From assembly GCA_910586655.1 (NCBI GenBank), contig CAJUIR010000006.1:5723-69722 (forward strand): a stretch of DNA of 64,000 nucleotides. Direction: 5' to 3'. This DNA comes from an uncultured Christensenellaceae bacterium. GTDB taxonomy: Bacteria; Bacillota; Clostridia; Christensenellales; Borkfalkiaceae. A program made the translations under genes and the position numbers. Below, piece by piece: positions 1 to 8,845 of this stretch; within the stretch, counting starts at the first letter, position 1, and each line of letters opens with the position of its first letter. The notes under the pieces are model-generated. The model had not been told where the DNA came from and ran no database searches. It saw nothing but the letters and a program-made list of their open reading frames with translations.

Positions 1-507
1 GCGGGCTTTGCATACACGTGCGTGCGGATCCTCGCCCTCAAAGGCGAGCGCGGGATCATGACCGTATTCTTTTTCTCAGTGTTTTCCACCCTTGTGGCTT
101 TGCCATTTCTGATCATTTATTACGAACCGATGAGCGGGATGCAATGGCTGTATCTGTTACTTGCCGGCGCAGTTGCAACGGGAGGGCAGTTTTTTATTAC
201 CGCCGCTTACCGCCACGCGCCCGCAAAAGAAATTGCGGTGTTCGACTATTTTCAAGTACTGTTTGCCGCTCTATTGGGATTTTTCTTTCTGTCGCAGATC
301 CCCGCAACGCTCAGCATCATCGGCTATGCCGTCATCATCGGCGCGGCGGCAGGAAAACAGATCGTTCATCTGATCGGCGTCAGACGGACCGCGGCGAAAA
401 ATATCTCCGCTCAAACGGACGACGGCATGGAAACGTCTCCCGACCCGCAGGAGACGCCCCCCTCATCTGAAAAAAATCCGCAGGAAACCCAAAAGAAACA
501 AGAATAA
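1..507 (+). CDS. DMT/EamA-family transporter, C-terminal part (5' end outside the window)
   Basis: The frame is open from nt 1 into listed ORF 22..507. The translation is a series of hydrophobic helices (FFFSVFSTLVALPFLIIY, LYLLLAGAVATGGQFFITAAY, FDYFQVLFAALLGFFFL, IIGYAVIIGAAA) followed by a hydrophilic tail, as in the second EamA repeat. Confidence 0.6.
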   Translation, partial: AGFAYTCVRILALKGERGIMTVFFFSVFSTLVALPFLIIYYEPMSGMQWLYLLLAGAVATGGQFFITAAYRHAPAKEIAVFDYFQVLFAALLGFFFLSQIPATLSIIGYAVIIGAAAGKQIVHLIGVRRTAAKNISAQTDDGMETSPDPQETPPSSEKNPQETQKKQE

Positions 508-567
508 ACGGCTGATCCCCATTGCATTTTTGATTCAAACGTGTTATACTGTTAACGGAGTATTTTT

Positions 568-1947
568 ATGAAAAAGAAAAAACACGCCCCCGCAGCGGAT
601 ACGACCGATGAAACAACGGAATGCCGGACGGATCTTCCTATCACGGAAGACAAGACTGCGGAACCGTTGCCGGACGAAATCGTTTCCGAATCCGAAACGG
701 GCGAATCACAGCAACTTCAAACGGAAGAGGTGAAGGAAACCAAATCCGATTTCAAAACCGCATACAACGAGGAAAAAGAAAAAGAACTTGATAAACTGAC
801 GCGGGAAATCGAAGACAAGAACAGTATCGACACCAAAAAGAAACGGCGGAACTGGTGGATCAAAACCGCGCTGATGCTGATCCTCATCGGCGTCTCCGTT
901 GCAATGATGTTCACGATTACGAAGTATCTTGCGGAAGACGGTTCCACCAGTTTTTCCGCTATGATCTCGGGAGCAAGTTGGCAGTGGTTTCTCGTGTTTG
1001 TCGGCGTTGTCGTACTGTTCATGCTCAACGACAGTATGAAGTACGCTTATATGATGAAAATGTCCACGGGAAAATTCCGCTTCCGCACCGCGATGAAGAC
1101 CAACTTCCTCGGGAAATATTACGACGGGATCACGCCGCTCGGGACGGGCGGACAGCCCTTTCAGATTTATTATCTGCACAAAAAAGATATTCCAGCAGGC
1201 GTCGCAACCGCAATTCCGCTCGTACGCTATATCGTTACCACCATTGAATTCTGTTTGATTTCCACGGCTCTGATCATCGTAACAGGCGCAACGGGGCTTT
1301 TAAACGGGTTGGAAAGCGATTGGGGCGCACCCGTCATCTTAGCGGTCGCATCCATCTCTATGTTCGTCAATCTGCTTATCCCCATTGCAATCCTGCTCAT
1401 TTCGTTTTTTCCGCGAGGCGGGAAAAAAGTTGTTATGAAAGTGATTTGGCTGCTGAACAAAATGCACATCGTAAAGCACCGCTATCCCGTAATGAAAAAG
1501 TATATTTACGAAGCGAACGAATACAAACGTTCGATGAAAGCGCTCTTTACGAATTGGTGGAAACTGATTCCGCTCGTAATGCTTTGCGTCGTAAACTCGC
1601 TGATCAACATTGCAATCCCCTTTTTTGCCGTCATGGCGATCGCAGGTCCTACGCTCGGCAGTGTTAACCACGCGGATCTTCTGTTCGATATCATGTGCCT
1701 TGCAACCATTTCTTATTATGCGGCATCGCTCATCCCCACTCCCGGGAACAGCGGCGCAAGCGAGGCAATGACGACCATCGTATTCTTTACCCTTTCGAGC
1801 CAGATCCACGGCTTACTCGGGTGGATCGTCCTGATCTGGCGTTTTGCAACGTATTATGTTTATATTCTTACGGGAATCGGGCTTAATACTTTTGAAATTA
1901 TCCGCAGCGCAGTTCGGCAACGGCGTGCAAAGAAGAAAAACGAATAA
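568..1947 (+). CDS. Flippase-like / lysyl-PG-synthase TM-region (UPF0104) family membrane protein with an acidic ~100-aa N-terminal extension
   Basis: ATG start preceded by TTGCAT-17-TATACT. It has multiple TM helices plus the GTGGQPFQIYYL and PTPGNSGASE motifs that I associate with the LPG_synthase_TM family. Confidence 0.65.
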   Translation: MKKKKHAPAADTTDETTECRTDLPITEDKTAEPLPDEIVSESETGESQQLQTEEVKETKSDFKTAYNEEKEKELDKLTREIEDKNSIDTKKKRRNWWIKTALMLILIGVSVAMMFTITKYLAEDGSTSFSAMISGASWQWFLVFVGVVVLFMLNDSMKYAYMMKMSTGKFRFRTAMKTNFLGKYYDGITPLGTGGQPFQIYYLHKKDIPAGVATAIPLVRYIVTTIEFCLISTALIIVTGATGLLNGLESDWGAPVILAVASISMFVNLLIPIAILLISFFPRGGKKVVMKVIWLLNKMHIVKHRYPVMKKYIYEANEYKRSMKALFTNWWKLIPLVMLCVVNSLINIAIPFFAVMAIAGPTLGSVNHADLLFDIMCLATISYYAASLIPTPGNSGASEAMTTIVFFTLSSQIHGLLGWIVLIWRFATYYVYILTGIGLNTFEIIRSAVRQRRAKKKNE

Positions 1948-1949
1948 CA

Positions 1950-1980
1950 AAAAACCGCGCTGTCGGCGCGGTTTTATTTT
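1950..1980. terminator. Bidirectional intrinsic terminator between convergent genes
   Basis: GC-rich hairpin ACCGCGC-tgtcg-GCGCGGT flanked by an A-run and a T-run. Confidence 0.75.
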
Positions 1981-1988
1981 TATCAAAA

Positions 1989-2453
1989 TCAAAGCGGTAC
2001 AACGGTCGGCGTGATTTTATCCCGATTCACGACGAGATAGGCGTAACTGGGAGAAGAATACGAACCGACTGAACCGGGATTGATACACATAATTCCGTCT
2101 GCTTCCGCAATTTCAGCGCGGTGCGTGTGTCCGTAAAACGCAACTTCGCAATGCAACTCTTTCGCACGCGCGGCGAGTTTGCTTAATCCCGATTTTACGC
2201 CGTAACGGTGTCCATGACAGCAAAATACGGAAATCTGTTCGATCTCGAGAACAAATTCGTCGACTCCTCCGCCCACATCGCAATTTCCTTTTACGACGTA
2301 CGTCTTTTTGGGAAACGTCTCCGCCGTACTGCGCATATCAAACGCCCCGTCGCCCAAATGGATCAGATAATCGTTCTCCCCGAAGAGCGGACGGATTTTT
2401 TCCATCGCGCTCTTTCTGCCGTGGGAATCGGACAATAAAATGACCGTCTTCAT
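1989..2453 (-). CDS. YfcE/MJ0936-family metallophosphoesterase
   Basis: Ordered motif series DSHG, GDG, GNCD, CHGH, GHTH. It has a 4-nt ATGA overlap with rdgB upstream. Confidence 0.85.
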   Translation of the reverse strand: MKTVILLSDSHGRKSAMEKIRPLFGENDYLIHLGDGAFDMRSTAETFPKKTYVVKGNCDVGGGVDEFVLEIEQISVFCCHGHRYGVKSGLSKLAARAKELHCEVAFYGHTHRAEIAEADGIMCINPGSVGSYSSPSYAYLVVNRDKITPTVVPL

Positions 2454-3022
2454 AATTTCATCTCCAACGCACGGAGCGCCCTGCCGCGGTGAGAAACGGC
2501 GTTCTTTTCTTCTTCCGAACTTTCGGCAAACGATTTTTTCAAATCGGAACTGAAAAACAAACTATCGTAACCGAATCCGTTTTCCCCTTGTTCGTGCGTT
2601 AAAATTTCACCGTGCGTCTTACCTTCCGCCGTAACGATACGCCCGTCGGGAAACACAAGCGCAACCGCACAGGCAAAGTATGCATTTCTGTTTTTTTCGC
2701 CTTTTAAATTTTTCAGAAGGAGCGCGCGGTTTTCCGCACTTCCGCCCCCCGAATAGCGTGCGCTGAACACCCCGGGCGCGCCGCTAAGGACCTCGACGCA
2801 GAGTCCGCTGTCGTCTGCAAGCGCAGGCAGTCCCGTTGCGCGGCAAACAGCCTGCGCTTTGATCAGCGCGTTTTCCGCAAACGTTGCACCCGTTTCCTCC
2901 ACGTCTCCGCAAAATCCCACTTCCGCTTCGGATAAGATTTTCCAACCGCCGAGCACCGCGCGGATCTCTTTGAGTTTATGCGCATTGCCCGTTGCCGCTA
3001 CAATCAATTTTTCCATACCCAT
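2450..3022 (-). CDS. rdgB: Non-canonical purine NTP pyrophosphatase (RdgB/Ham1 family)
   Basis: ATGNAHKLKEI N-terminus, DDSGLCV, FGYD and a C-terminal SHRG motif. The length (~190 aa) is typical. Confidence 0.9.
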   Translation of the reverse strand: MGMEKLIVAATGNAHKLKEIRAVLGGWKILSEAEVGFCGDVEETGATFAENALIKAQAVCRATGLPALADDSGLCVEVLSGAPGVFSARYSGGGSAENRALLLKNLKGEKNRNAYFACAVALVFPDGRIVTAEGKTHGEILTHEQGENGFGYDSLFFSSDLKKSFAESSEEEKNAVSHRGRALRALEMKL

Positions 3023-3032
3023 ATCATAACAT

Positions 3033-3060
3033 AAAAGCGGCTGTTTTTCAAGCCGCTTTT
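3033..3060 (-). terminator. Hairpin directly after the P-type ATPase stop codon (terminator or attenuator before rdgB)
   Basis: Perfect 10-bp stem AAAAGCGGCT/AGCCGCTTTT with an 8-nt loop. The downstream T-tract on the minus strand is only moderate. Confidence 0.5.
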
Positions 3061-3061
3061 C

Positions 3062-5125
3062 TCATTTTATTTTCAGACGCATTCTCATGGAATTCAAAAC
3101 CGCGAGAAGCATGACGCCCGTGTCGCCGAGCACCGCCGCCCAAAGCGGAATCACGCCGCAAAGCGACAGCGCCATCAGTCCTATTTTGATCCCGATCGAA
3201 AGCAAAATGTTCTCGATCACGATCTTACGCGTCTTTTTTGCGCCTTTTATCGCTTTGGGGATTGCCGAAAGACTGTCTCCGGCAAGAACGAAGTCGCTTG
3301 TTTCGATCGCCGCGTCGCTGCCGAGTCCGCCCATTGCAAACGAGATATCGCTCGCCGTCATCACGGGTGTATCGTTGATTCCGTCGCCCACATACAACAG
3401 CGTTCCATTTTCTTTCAGCCGTTCCGCATGTTTCGGTTTTTCGTCGGGAAGCAATTCCGCGCAAATTTCGTCTACGGGAAGCACCGAAAGGCTTGTTTCC
3501 GCCCGTTCGCGCGTATCGCCCGTTAACACCGCAATATGCTTGATCCCCGCCTTTTTCAATCCGTTCAGCGCGTCCGCGGCTTCCGTGCGTACCCTGTCTT
3601 CGATTTCCACGCTACCGAGAAATACCCCGTCCTCCGCCACGTATACGGCAAGATTGCTTCCCGCAACCGCCTCGTATTGGATTCCGCGTTCCGCCATCAG
3701 GCGTCCGCTCCCGACCAACACCGTTTTTCCGTCCACGACCGCCGAAAGACCCAATCCCGATAACTCTTCGCACGACTGTGCGCCTTTGACTTTGACGTCC
3801 GAAAACGCCTGTGCAAGCGGATGGGAGGAATTTTTTTCGGCAGCAGCCGCAAGCAATAAGACGCGCTCTCCGCCGTTCACGTTTGCAATGGAAAATTTTC
3901 CTTCGGTCAGAGTTCCTGTTTTATCGAAAGCGGCGACTTTTACGCCGGCAAGACGGTCGAGATAAACCGCGCCCTTAGCAAGCACGCCGCGCCGTGCGAG
4001 AGAGCCGACGCCCGAAAAATAGGTCAGCGGTACGGAGATCACAAGCGCGCACGGACAGGATATCACCAGAAAGTTTAATGCGCGGGGAATCCATTCGTCA
4101 AAACGATTCCCGTCAAACAAAGGCGGTACGATCGCTACAAGAAGCGCAACGAGCACGACTACTGGCGTATAGACGCGCGCAAACTTCGTGATAAATTTTT
4201 CGGGCTTTGCTTTTTGCGATGCGGAATTTTCTACGAGTTCCAAAATCTTTGCCGCCGCGCTTTCGGATGCAAGCCGCAAAACTTCCGCCTTCACTGCATT
4301 GCCTGTATTCACGCATCCCGAAAGTATCTCTCCGCCTGCGTTGACCTCGCGCAGATATGCTTCGCCTGTGATGGATTTGGTATCGATTGCCGCCACCCCT
4401 TCCAAAAGTATGCAATCGGCGGGAATCTTATCGCCCTTACGGATGAGCACCGTATCGCCTATCTGCAACTGTTCGGGCGCAATTTCTTCCTGTCCGTTCT
4501 CAGTTATCCGGATCGCAATGCTGCTTTTCAGATCCATCAGGCGTTTGATCGCGCCGCGCGACGAACCGACCGCCATCGATTGCAGCAATTCCCCGATCTG
4601 GTAAAGGATCATTACAATGCCGCCTTCCATGCTTTCACGCAGCGCAAACGCACCTGCGGCAGCGATGATCATCAGAAGATTTTCGTCGAGCAAAAGCCCC
4701 AAGTGCAAGCCTCCGCGAAAGGCTTTCGGAACATTTTTGCATGCGTTCAGGATCACAGACCAGCCGGCCGCGGCAAACGCGCCGAGATACAGCCCGAACG
4801 GAATCCATTCGCTTCCCGTCCCGGTCAGTTCCAATATCAACGCGGGAATAAACAGCGCAAGCGCGACTGCGATCGAAATCAATTCTTTCAAGTGACGTTC
4901 CCGCTTAAAAGACGCAGTTCCGTCTGTAATTTCCACTTCTTCAAAATGAGAGATCAGATCGATCGCTTTTTTCAGCGCTTCTTCCGTTTCATAGGAAAGT
5001 CTGACGCGCTGCGTTACGAAGTCGACCTCAGGCGCCGTGATTCCTTTCACTTGCGCCAGTTCTTCCTGCAATTCCGCGGCGCATGCAGCACAGTCTAAAT
5101 TTTTAATGCAAATAATTTTCTGCAT
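3062..5125 (-). CDS. Heavy-metal-translocating P1B-type ATPase (Cd/Zn/Co-like)
   Basis: N-terminal HMA domain with a CAAC metal motif, TM CPC motif (SCPCALVISVP), DKTGTLT phosphorylation site and GDGINDTP hinge. Confidence 0.92.
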   Translation of the reverse strand: MQKIICIKNLDCAACAAELQEELAQVKGITAPEVDFVTQRVRLSYETEEALKKAIDLISHFEEVEITDGTASFKRERHLKELISIAVALALFIPALILELTGTGSEWIPFGLYLGAFAAAGWSVILNACKNVPKAFRGGLHLGLLLDENLLMIIAAAGAFALRESMEGGIVMILYQIGELLQSMAVGSSRGAIKRLMDLKSSIAIRITENGQEEIAPEQLQIGDTVLIRKGDKIPADCILLEGVAAIDTKSITGEAYLREVNAGGEILSGCVNTGNAVKAEVLRLASESAAAKILELVENSASQKAKPEKFITKFARVYTPVVVLVALLVAIVPPLFDGNRFDEWIPRALNFLVISCPCALVISVPLTYFSGVGSLARRGVLAKGAVYLDRLAGVKVAAFDKTGTLTEGKFSIANVNGGERVLLLAAAAEKNSSHPLAQAFSDVKVKGAQSCEELSGLGLSAVVDGKTVLVGSGRLMAERGIQYEAVAGSNLAVYVAEDGVFLGSVEIEDRVRTEAADALNGLKKAGIKHIAVLTGDTRERAETSLSVLPVDEICAELLPDEKPKHAERLKENGTLLYVGDGINDTPVMTASDISFAMGGLGSDAAIETSDFVLAGDSLSAIPKAIKGAKKTRKIVIENILLSIGIKIGLMALSLCGVIPLWAAVLGDTGVMLLAVLNSMRMRLKIK

Positions 5126-5134
5126 ATATACTCC

Positions 5135-5482
5135 TTAAAATTTACAGTTCAGGTGCGCGCATGCCAATTCCAAGAGTGCGATCACGTGCGCGTCCGCAAG
5201 CGAATAGACGATATTTTGTCCGTCACGTCTTGATTTGATGATGCGATTATCCCTCAAAATACGCAGTTGGTGCGAAACTCCGCTCTGTGTTCCCCCCACC
5301 GCTTCGAGAATATGATTGACGCAAAGTTCGCCCTGACGCAGCGCAAGCAATATTTTGAAACGGCTGGGTTCGGAAACGGCTTTCAATTCTGCGCAGACTT
5401 CCGCCACCTCTTCTTCCGACGGCATATTCTCTGCCGCCCGCTTTGCTGCAAGACGGTGTTCTTCTTCATGATCGCAATTCAT
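5135..5482 (-). CDS. ArsR/SmtB-family metal-sensing repressor
   Basis: wHTH region ELCVNHILEAVGGTQSGVSHQLRILRDNRIIKSRRDGQNIVYSL. I moved the start to ATG 5482, which has AAGGAG 6 nt upstream. The gene ends 9 nt before the ATPase gene. Confidence 0.88.
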   Translation of the reverse strand: MNCDHEEEHRLAAKRAAENMPSEEEVAEVCAELKAVSEPSRFKILLALRQGELCVNHILEAVGGTQSGVSHQLRILRDNRIIKSRRDGQNIVYSLADAHVIALLELACAHLNCKF

Positions 5483-5503
5483 AGGATGCTCCTTTAATAT
5501 CAA

Positions 5504-5551
5504 TATATGAATAACTATTCATATAATAACACAGATAAAAAACGCCGTCAA
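5504..5551 (-). promoter_or_regulatory. Promoter (TTGACG-17-TATTAT) with overlapping 10-2-10 ArsR/SmtB-type operator
   Basis: Perfect inverted repeat TATATGAATA-AC-TATTCATATA at 5504..5525, the TGAA..TTCA type known for SmtB/CzrA/CadC operators. On the minus strand the -10 is at 5523..5528 and the -35 at 5546..5551. Confidence 0.75.
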
Positions 5552-5589
5552 GCGTTTTGAATGAAAAATTTGAAATTTGATACAATTTT

Positions 5590-6396
5590 TTACGGTTCAA
5601 ATTTCGATTCGAACGTCAAACCGCTCAGATACGAAAGCAGCCCCTCCCCGTCGATTTGCAACTGCTTTGCAACCAGACGCTGACGGGTGATATGATGCGT
5701 TCGGTTAAACGCGCCGTCGCCGTACTTCGTATCTCCTGCTACGGGATGCCCCAAAAACGCCATATGCGCGCGGATCTGATGCGTCTTGCCCGTATGCAGA
5801 GTGATTTGAAGTAAACTTGTTTCGCCGTCCTCTTCGATCACCCGATATTCGGTCTTGATTTTTTCTCCGATCGGTTTTGTCGAAACGCGCACGAGCGCGT
5901 TTTTTTCGTCCTTGATCAGATATGCTTCTTCAACGGATTGTCGCTTGGACATTTTCCCGATCACGCGCGCCAAATAAATTTTATGCGCACTGCGTTCGCG
6001 GAACGCGCGAAGGAGCAGACGTTCGGATTCTCTCGATTTCGCGAACAGTAACAGCCCCGCCGTATTGCGGTCGATACGGTGAATAAAATAGGTTTCGCCT
6101 CGTTCGCACAACGCCGAAAAAACGGCTTCGGAATTGACGCCGCTCTCTTTGTCGGCAACTACGATAGAATCGTCTTCGTAAACGATTTCGTATCCTGTTT
6201 TGCGCTCCTGCGCCTTGCTCAAAAAATACGCGACTTCGTCCCCCGAAGCAAGCAAAACGTCTTCCCCGACGCGCGTTCCGTTGACGCGGATCTCACGGTT
6301 TTTGAGCAAAGCGCGGAAACAAAACGAAGCAGGGGCGCAGACGTTATCGGTGAAGTTTTTGAGCGGAATTTCTCCGTTTACGACGTACTTTTTCAA
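5590..6396 (-). CDS. RluA-family pseudouridine synthase with S4-like N-terminus
   Basis: HRIDRNTAGLLLFAK catalytic-Asp motif and THQIRAH motif. The start codon is TTG at 6396, which lies 53 nt inside the 3' end of feoB, so the start position is uncertain. Confidence 0.85.
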   Translation of the reverse strand: MKKYVVNGEIPLKNFTDNVCAPASFCFRALLKNREIRVNGTRVGEDVLLASGDEVAYFLSKAQERKTGYEIVYEDDSIVVADKESGVNSEAVFSALCERGETYFIHRIDRNTAGLLLFAKSRESERLLLRAFRERSAHKIYLARVIGKMSKRQSVEEAYLIKDEKNALVRVSTKPIGEKIKTEYRVIEEDGETSLLQITLHTGKTHQIRAHMAFLGHPVAGDTKYGDGAFNRTHHITRQRLVAKQLQIDGEGLLSYLSGLTFESKFEP

Positions 6397-8125
6397 TTTT
6401 CTTTTTCCCTAAAATCAAAAGCGCAACGAGCGGAACGAATGCAATGATCAGATACACTGCGCCGCCGATGAGCATGAAATATACGCAATACGAAAGCAGT
6501 AAGGCACTGACGGTCTGAAACGCGGCATAGCACAACGCACGCTTCCAGCCCACTTCCCTTGCGCTTGCCGCGATGGCGGATACGCAGGGCGAACAACAGA
6601 GCATGAAAACGGCAAATGCAAACGCGCTGGGAAAGGAATAGGGAAACGTCCCGTAAAACATGAGCAGCGCGCCCGCAACGTTTTCTTTTGCCGCCAGACC
6701 CGAAATCGCAGCATATGCGATTCGCCAATCCCCCATACCGATGGGCGCAAACAAAAATTTCAATCCGCCGCAGAGCGTTGCCAGTATGCTCTCTTCCACG
6801 CCGCAAAAGCGGAACGAAAAATCAAACGACGATAACAACCAGGAAAACAGGAAAAACGCCGTTACGACGGTTGCTATTTTTATTATAAACTGTTTGATCT
6901 GAAAGAGCAAGGATTTCAGCACAAAAACGGGACGAGGAATTTGCAGAGGCGCAAGTTCCATGACAAACGGCGGATTTTTTCCGCGCGTCAAGAGCGCGGC
7001 AAGCACGGAAAAGCCGATGCCCAGCGCATAGAGCGCCACTACCGCAAGAAACGGATTATCGAAAAAAGAAGCCGACAGCGCGAGAAATACGGGAAGTTTC
7101 GCGCTGCACGGAATGTAAGGCAGGCACAGAATCACGCGTCTTTGAATTTTGGGATGATCCAAACCGCGCGTGGTAAGGATCGCGGCGGCGCTGCATCCGA
7201 AGCCCATCAACAGCGAAAACATCGCCCTTCCGTTTAATCCGATTCGGGAAAAGAATCCGTCCGTCAGCATCGCAAGCCTCGAAAGAAAACCGCTTTCGTC
7301 CATCATGATCAAAAAGAAAAACAATAGCGTAATTTGCGGCAGAAAACTGAGTACGCCGCCGATACTGCCGAGCAACCCGTCGATGACGAAACTGCGCACG
7401 ACGGGGGAGGAAATTGTTTGCGCGTATCCACCAAGCACGTCGCTAAACAACGTTTCGATCCCCTCTTTCATAAGATCGCCCAAAAGCCCCTTCGCAAACG
7501 TGATAAAAAACGCCGCTAAAAGCAAACCGAAAAAAAGCGGAACACAGAAAAAACCGTTGCAAAGCAATCGATCCGCGCGGGAAAGCCCCTCTTTTACGGG
7601 GGTATAAACAGATTGCAACCAATCGGTTTTGCCGTCAGAACGGCTAACAGGGGCGTTTAACAACGCATAAAGTTCCGACTTCAATAATTTTTTATTTTTT
7701 CTGTCTGCAATGACTACAGGAACGCCCAAATTTTTACGCAGCGAAGCAAGATCGAGTTTGCCGCCTCCGCGTCGAAACAATTTGTATTTCGTGAGCACAA
7801 GCATCGCGCGTCTGCCCGTCTTTAACAGCGATAAAAAGAGCGGCAACGATCGCTCCAGTCCTGCGCATTCGGATACAAACACAATGGGATCCGAGGGATG
7901 TTCTTGAAGGTAATCACGCGTGTACTTTTCTTCCATGCTCATGCTGTTGAGCGAATAAATCCCCGGAAGATCGCAAAGAATCACTTCTCTTTCGCCCGAT
8001 AGCCTGCGCTCCGCCGCGCCTACCGTTACGCCGTGCCAGTTGCCCACTTTTTCATGCGCTCCCGTCAAAAGATTAAAGAGCGTACTTTTCCCCGCGTTGG
8101 GATTTCCGATCAATAAAATTTTCAT
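6344..8125 (-). CDS. feoB: Ferrous iron transporter FeoB
   Basis: N-terminal G domain (GNPNAGKST, DLPG) followed by a polytopic membrane domain. It has a 4-nt overlap with feoA. Confidence 0.93.
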   Translation of the reverse strand: MKILLIGNPNAGKSTLFNLLTGAHEKVGNWHGVTVGAAERRLSGEREVILCDLPGIYSLNSMSMEEKYTRDYLQEHPSDPIVFVSECAGLERSLPLFLSLLKTGRRAMLVLTKYKLFRRGGGKLDLASLRKNLGVPVVIADRKNKKLLKSELYALLNAPVSRSDGKTDWLQSVYTPVKEGLSRADRLLCNGFFCVPLFFGLLLAAFFITFAKGLLGDLMKEGIETLFSDVLGGYAQTISSPVVRSFVIDGLLGSIGGVLSFLPQITLLFFFLIMMDESGFLSRLAMLTDGFFSRIGLNGRAMFSLLMGFGCSAAAILTTRGLDHPKIQRRVILCLPYIPCSAKLPVFLALSASFFDNPFLAVVALYALGIGFSVLAALLTRGKNPPFVMELAPLQIPRPVFVLKSLLFQIKQFIIKIATVVTAFFLFSWLLSSFDFSFRFCGVEESILATLCGGLKFLFAPIGMGDWRIAYAAISGLAAKENVAGALLMFYGTFPYSFPSAFAFAVFMLCCSPCVSAIAASAREVGWKRALCYAAFQTVSALLLSYCVYFMLIGGAVYLIIAFVPLVALLILGKKKIEKVRRKRRNSAQKLHR

Positions 8126-8346
8126 GTTTTCAGCACCCTGATCCCTTCGGCAAGTTCGAAATCGAGCGCTACTTTACAGCCGCCGGTCTGGATCAAAAAA
8201 ACCTTTTTTTTGAAAGAGGTTTTTAAGACCACAAACTTTGCGCCCATATAAATTCCCAGCGAGCGAAGCCTTTCTTTCAGCAACATGGGAAGTTCCACCT
8301 TGATGACGATCGCGTGTTCGCCACGTTTTAATTCGCTTACATTCAT
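8122..8346 (-). CDS. feoA: FeoA-family protein
   Basis: Small SH3-like protein (LKRGEHAIVIKV...RLRSLGIYMGAKFVVL). I set the start at ATG 8346 (MNVSELK) because the longer ORF runs into the preceding terminator. Confidence 0.8.
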   Translation of the reverse strand: MNVSELKRGEHAIVIKVELPMLLKERLRSLGIYMGAKFVVLKTSFKKKVFLIQTGGCKVALDFELAEGIRVLKT

Positions 8347-8399
8347 AGTAATAGGAATGCAGCGCGATTGAAAATTATTCGTTCGGAAATTTGTTGCAA

Positions 8400-8428
8400 A
8401 AGAAAAACGCACGGCATGCCGTGCGTTC
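8400..8428 (-). terminator. Intrinsic terminator after the DUF378 gene
   Basis: Palindromic stem ACGCACGGC/GCCGTGCGT followed by a T-run on the minus strand. Confidence 0.75.
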
Positions 8429-8439
8429 CGATATTCGGG

Positions 8440-8694
8440 TTAAACTCTTTCGGTTTCCGTTTCGGTTTCTACTTTTCTGTCTTTTTGCAGTTTCAATGCG
8501 CCGTTCGTGATCATGGGCGATACAATCAGCCAGATCGCCGCAAGCGTGATAAGCACATAAACGATAATGGAACCGACGCTTCGCGGTCCCATAAAAATTG
8601 CGGAAACGAGATTGAAATCAAAAATACCGAACATTCCCCAATTCAGCGCACCGATGAGAACCAAAATGTAAGATAATACGTTTGCAAAAATCAT
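8440..8694 (-). CDS. DUF378-family small membrane protein
   Basis: Two TM helices with the LIGALNWGMFGIFDFNLV motif typical of DUF378/YuzA. Confidence 0.8.
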   Translation of the reverse strand: MIFANVLSYILVLIGALNWGMFGIFDFNLVSAIFMGPRSVGSIIVYVLITLAAIWLIVSPMITNGALKLQKDRKVETETETERV

Positions 8695-8804
8695 ATTTGC
8701 CTCCCGTATCAGTATGAGTTTTCCGTTCCGTATTATTCAGCCGATGCGCAATCTTTTATTTCGATTTTACTGTTTTTACTTGCGGTATCGGTTTTTTTGA
8801 AAGC

Positions 8805-8832
8805 AAAAACGTCCGCTTTAATGCGGACGTTT
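8805..8832 (-). terminator. Intrinsic terminator after the large surface-protein gene
   Basis: Stem AAACGTCCGC/GCGGACGTTT followed by a T-run on the minus strand. Confidence 0.75.
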
Positions 8833-8845
8833 CGTTTGACTGCAA

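Noticed and set aside
8347-8400. Fur box in the feoA promoter region
   Set aside because: GAATAATTTTCAATC matches only one half-site of the TGATAAT-N-ATTATCA consensus, which is too weak to call.
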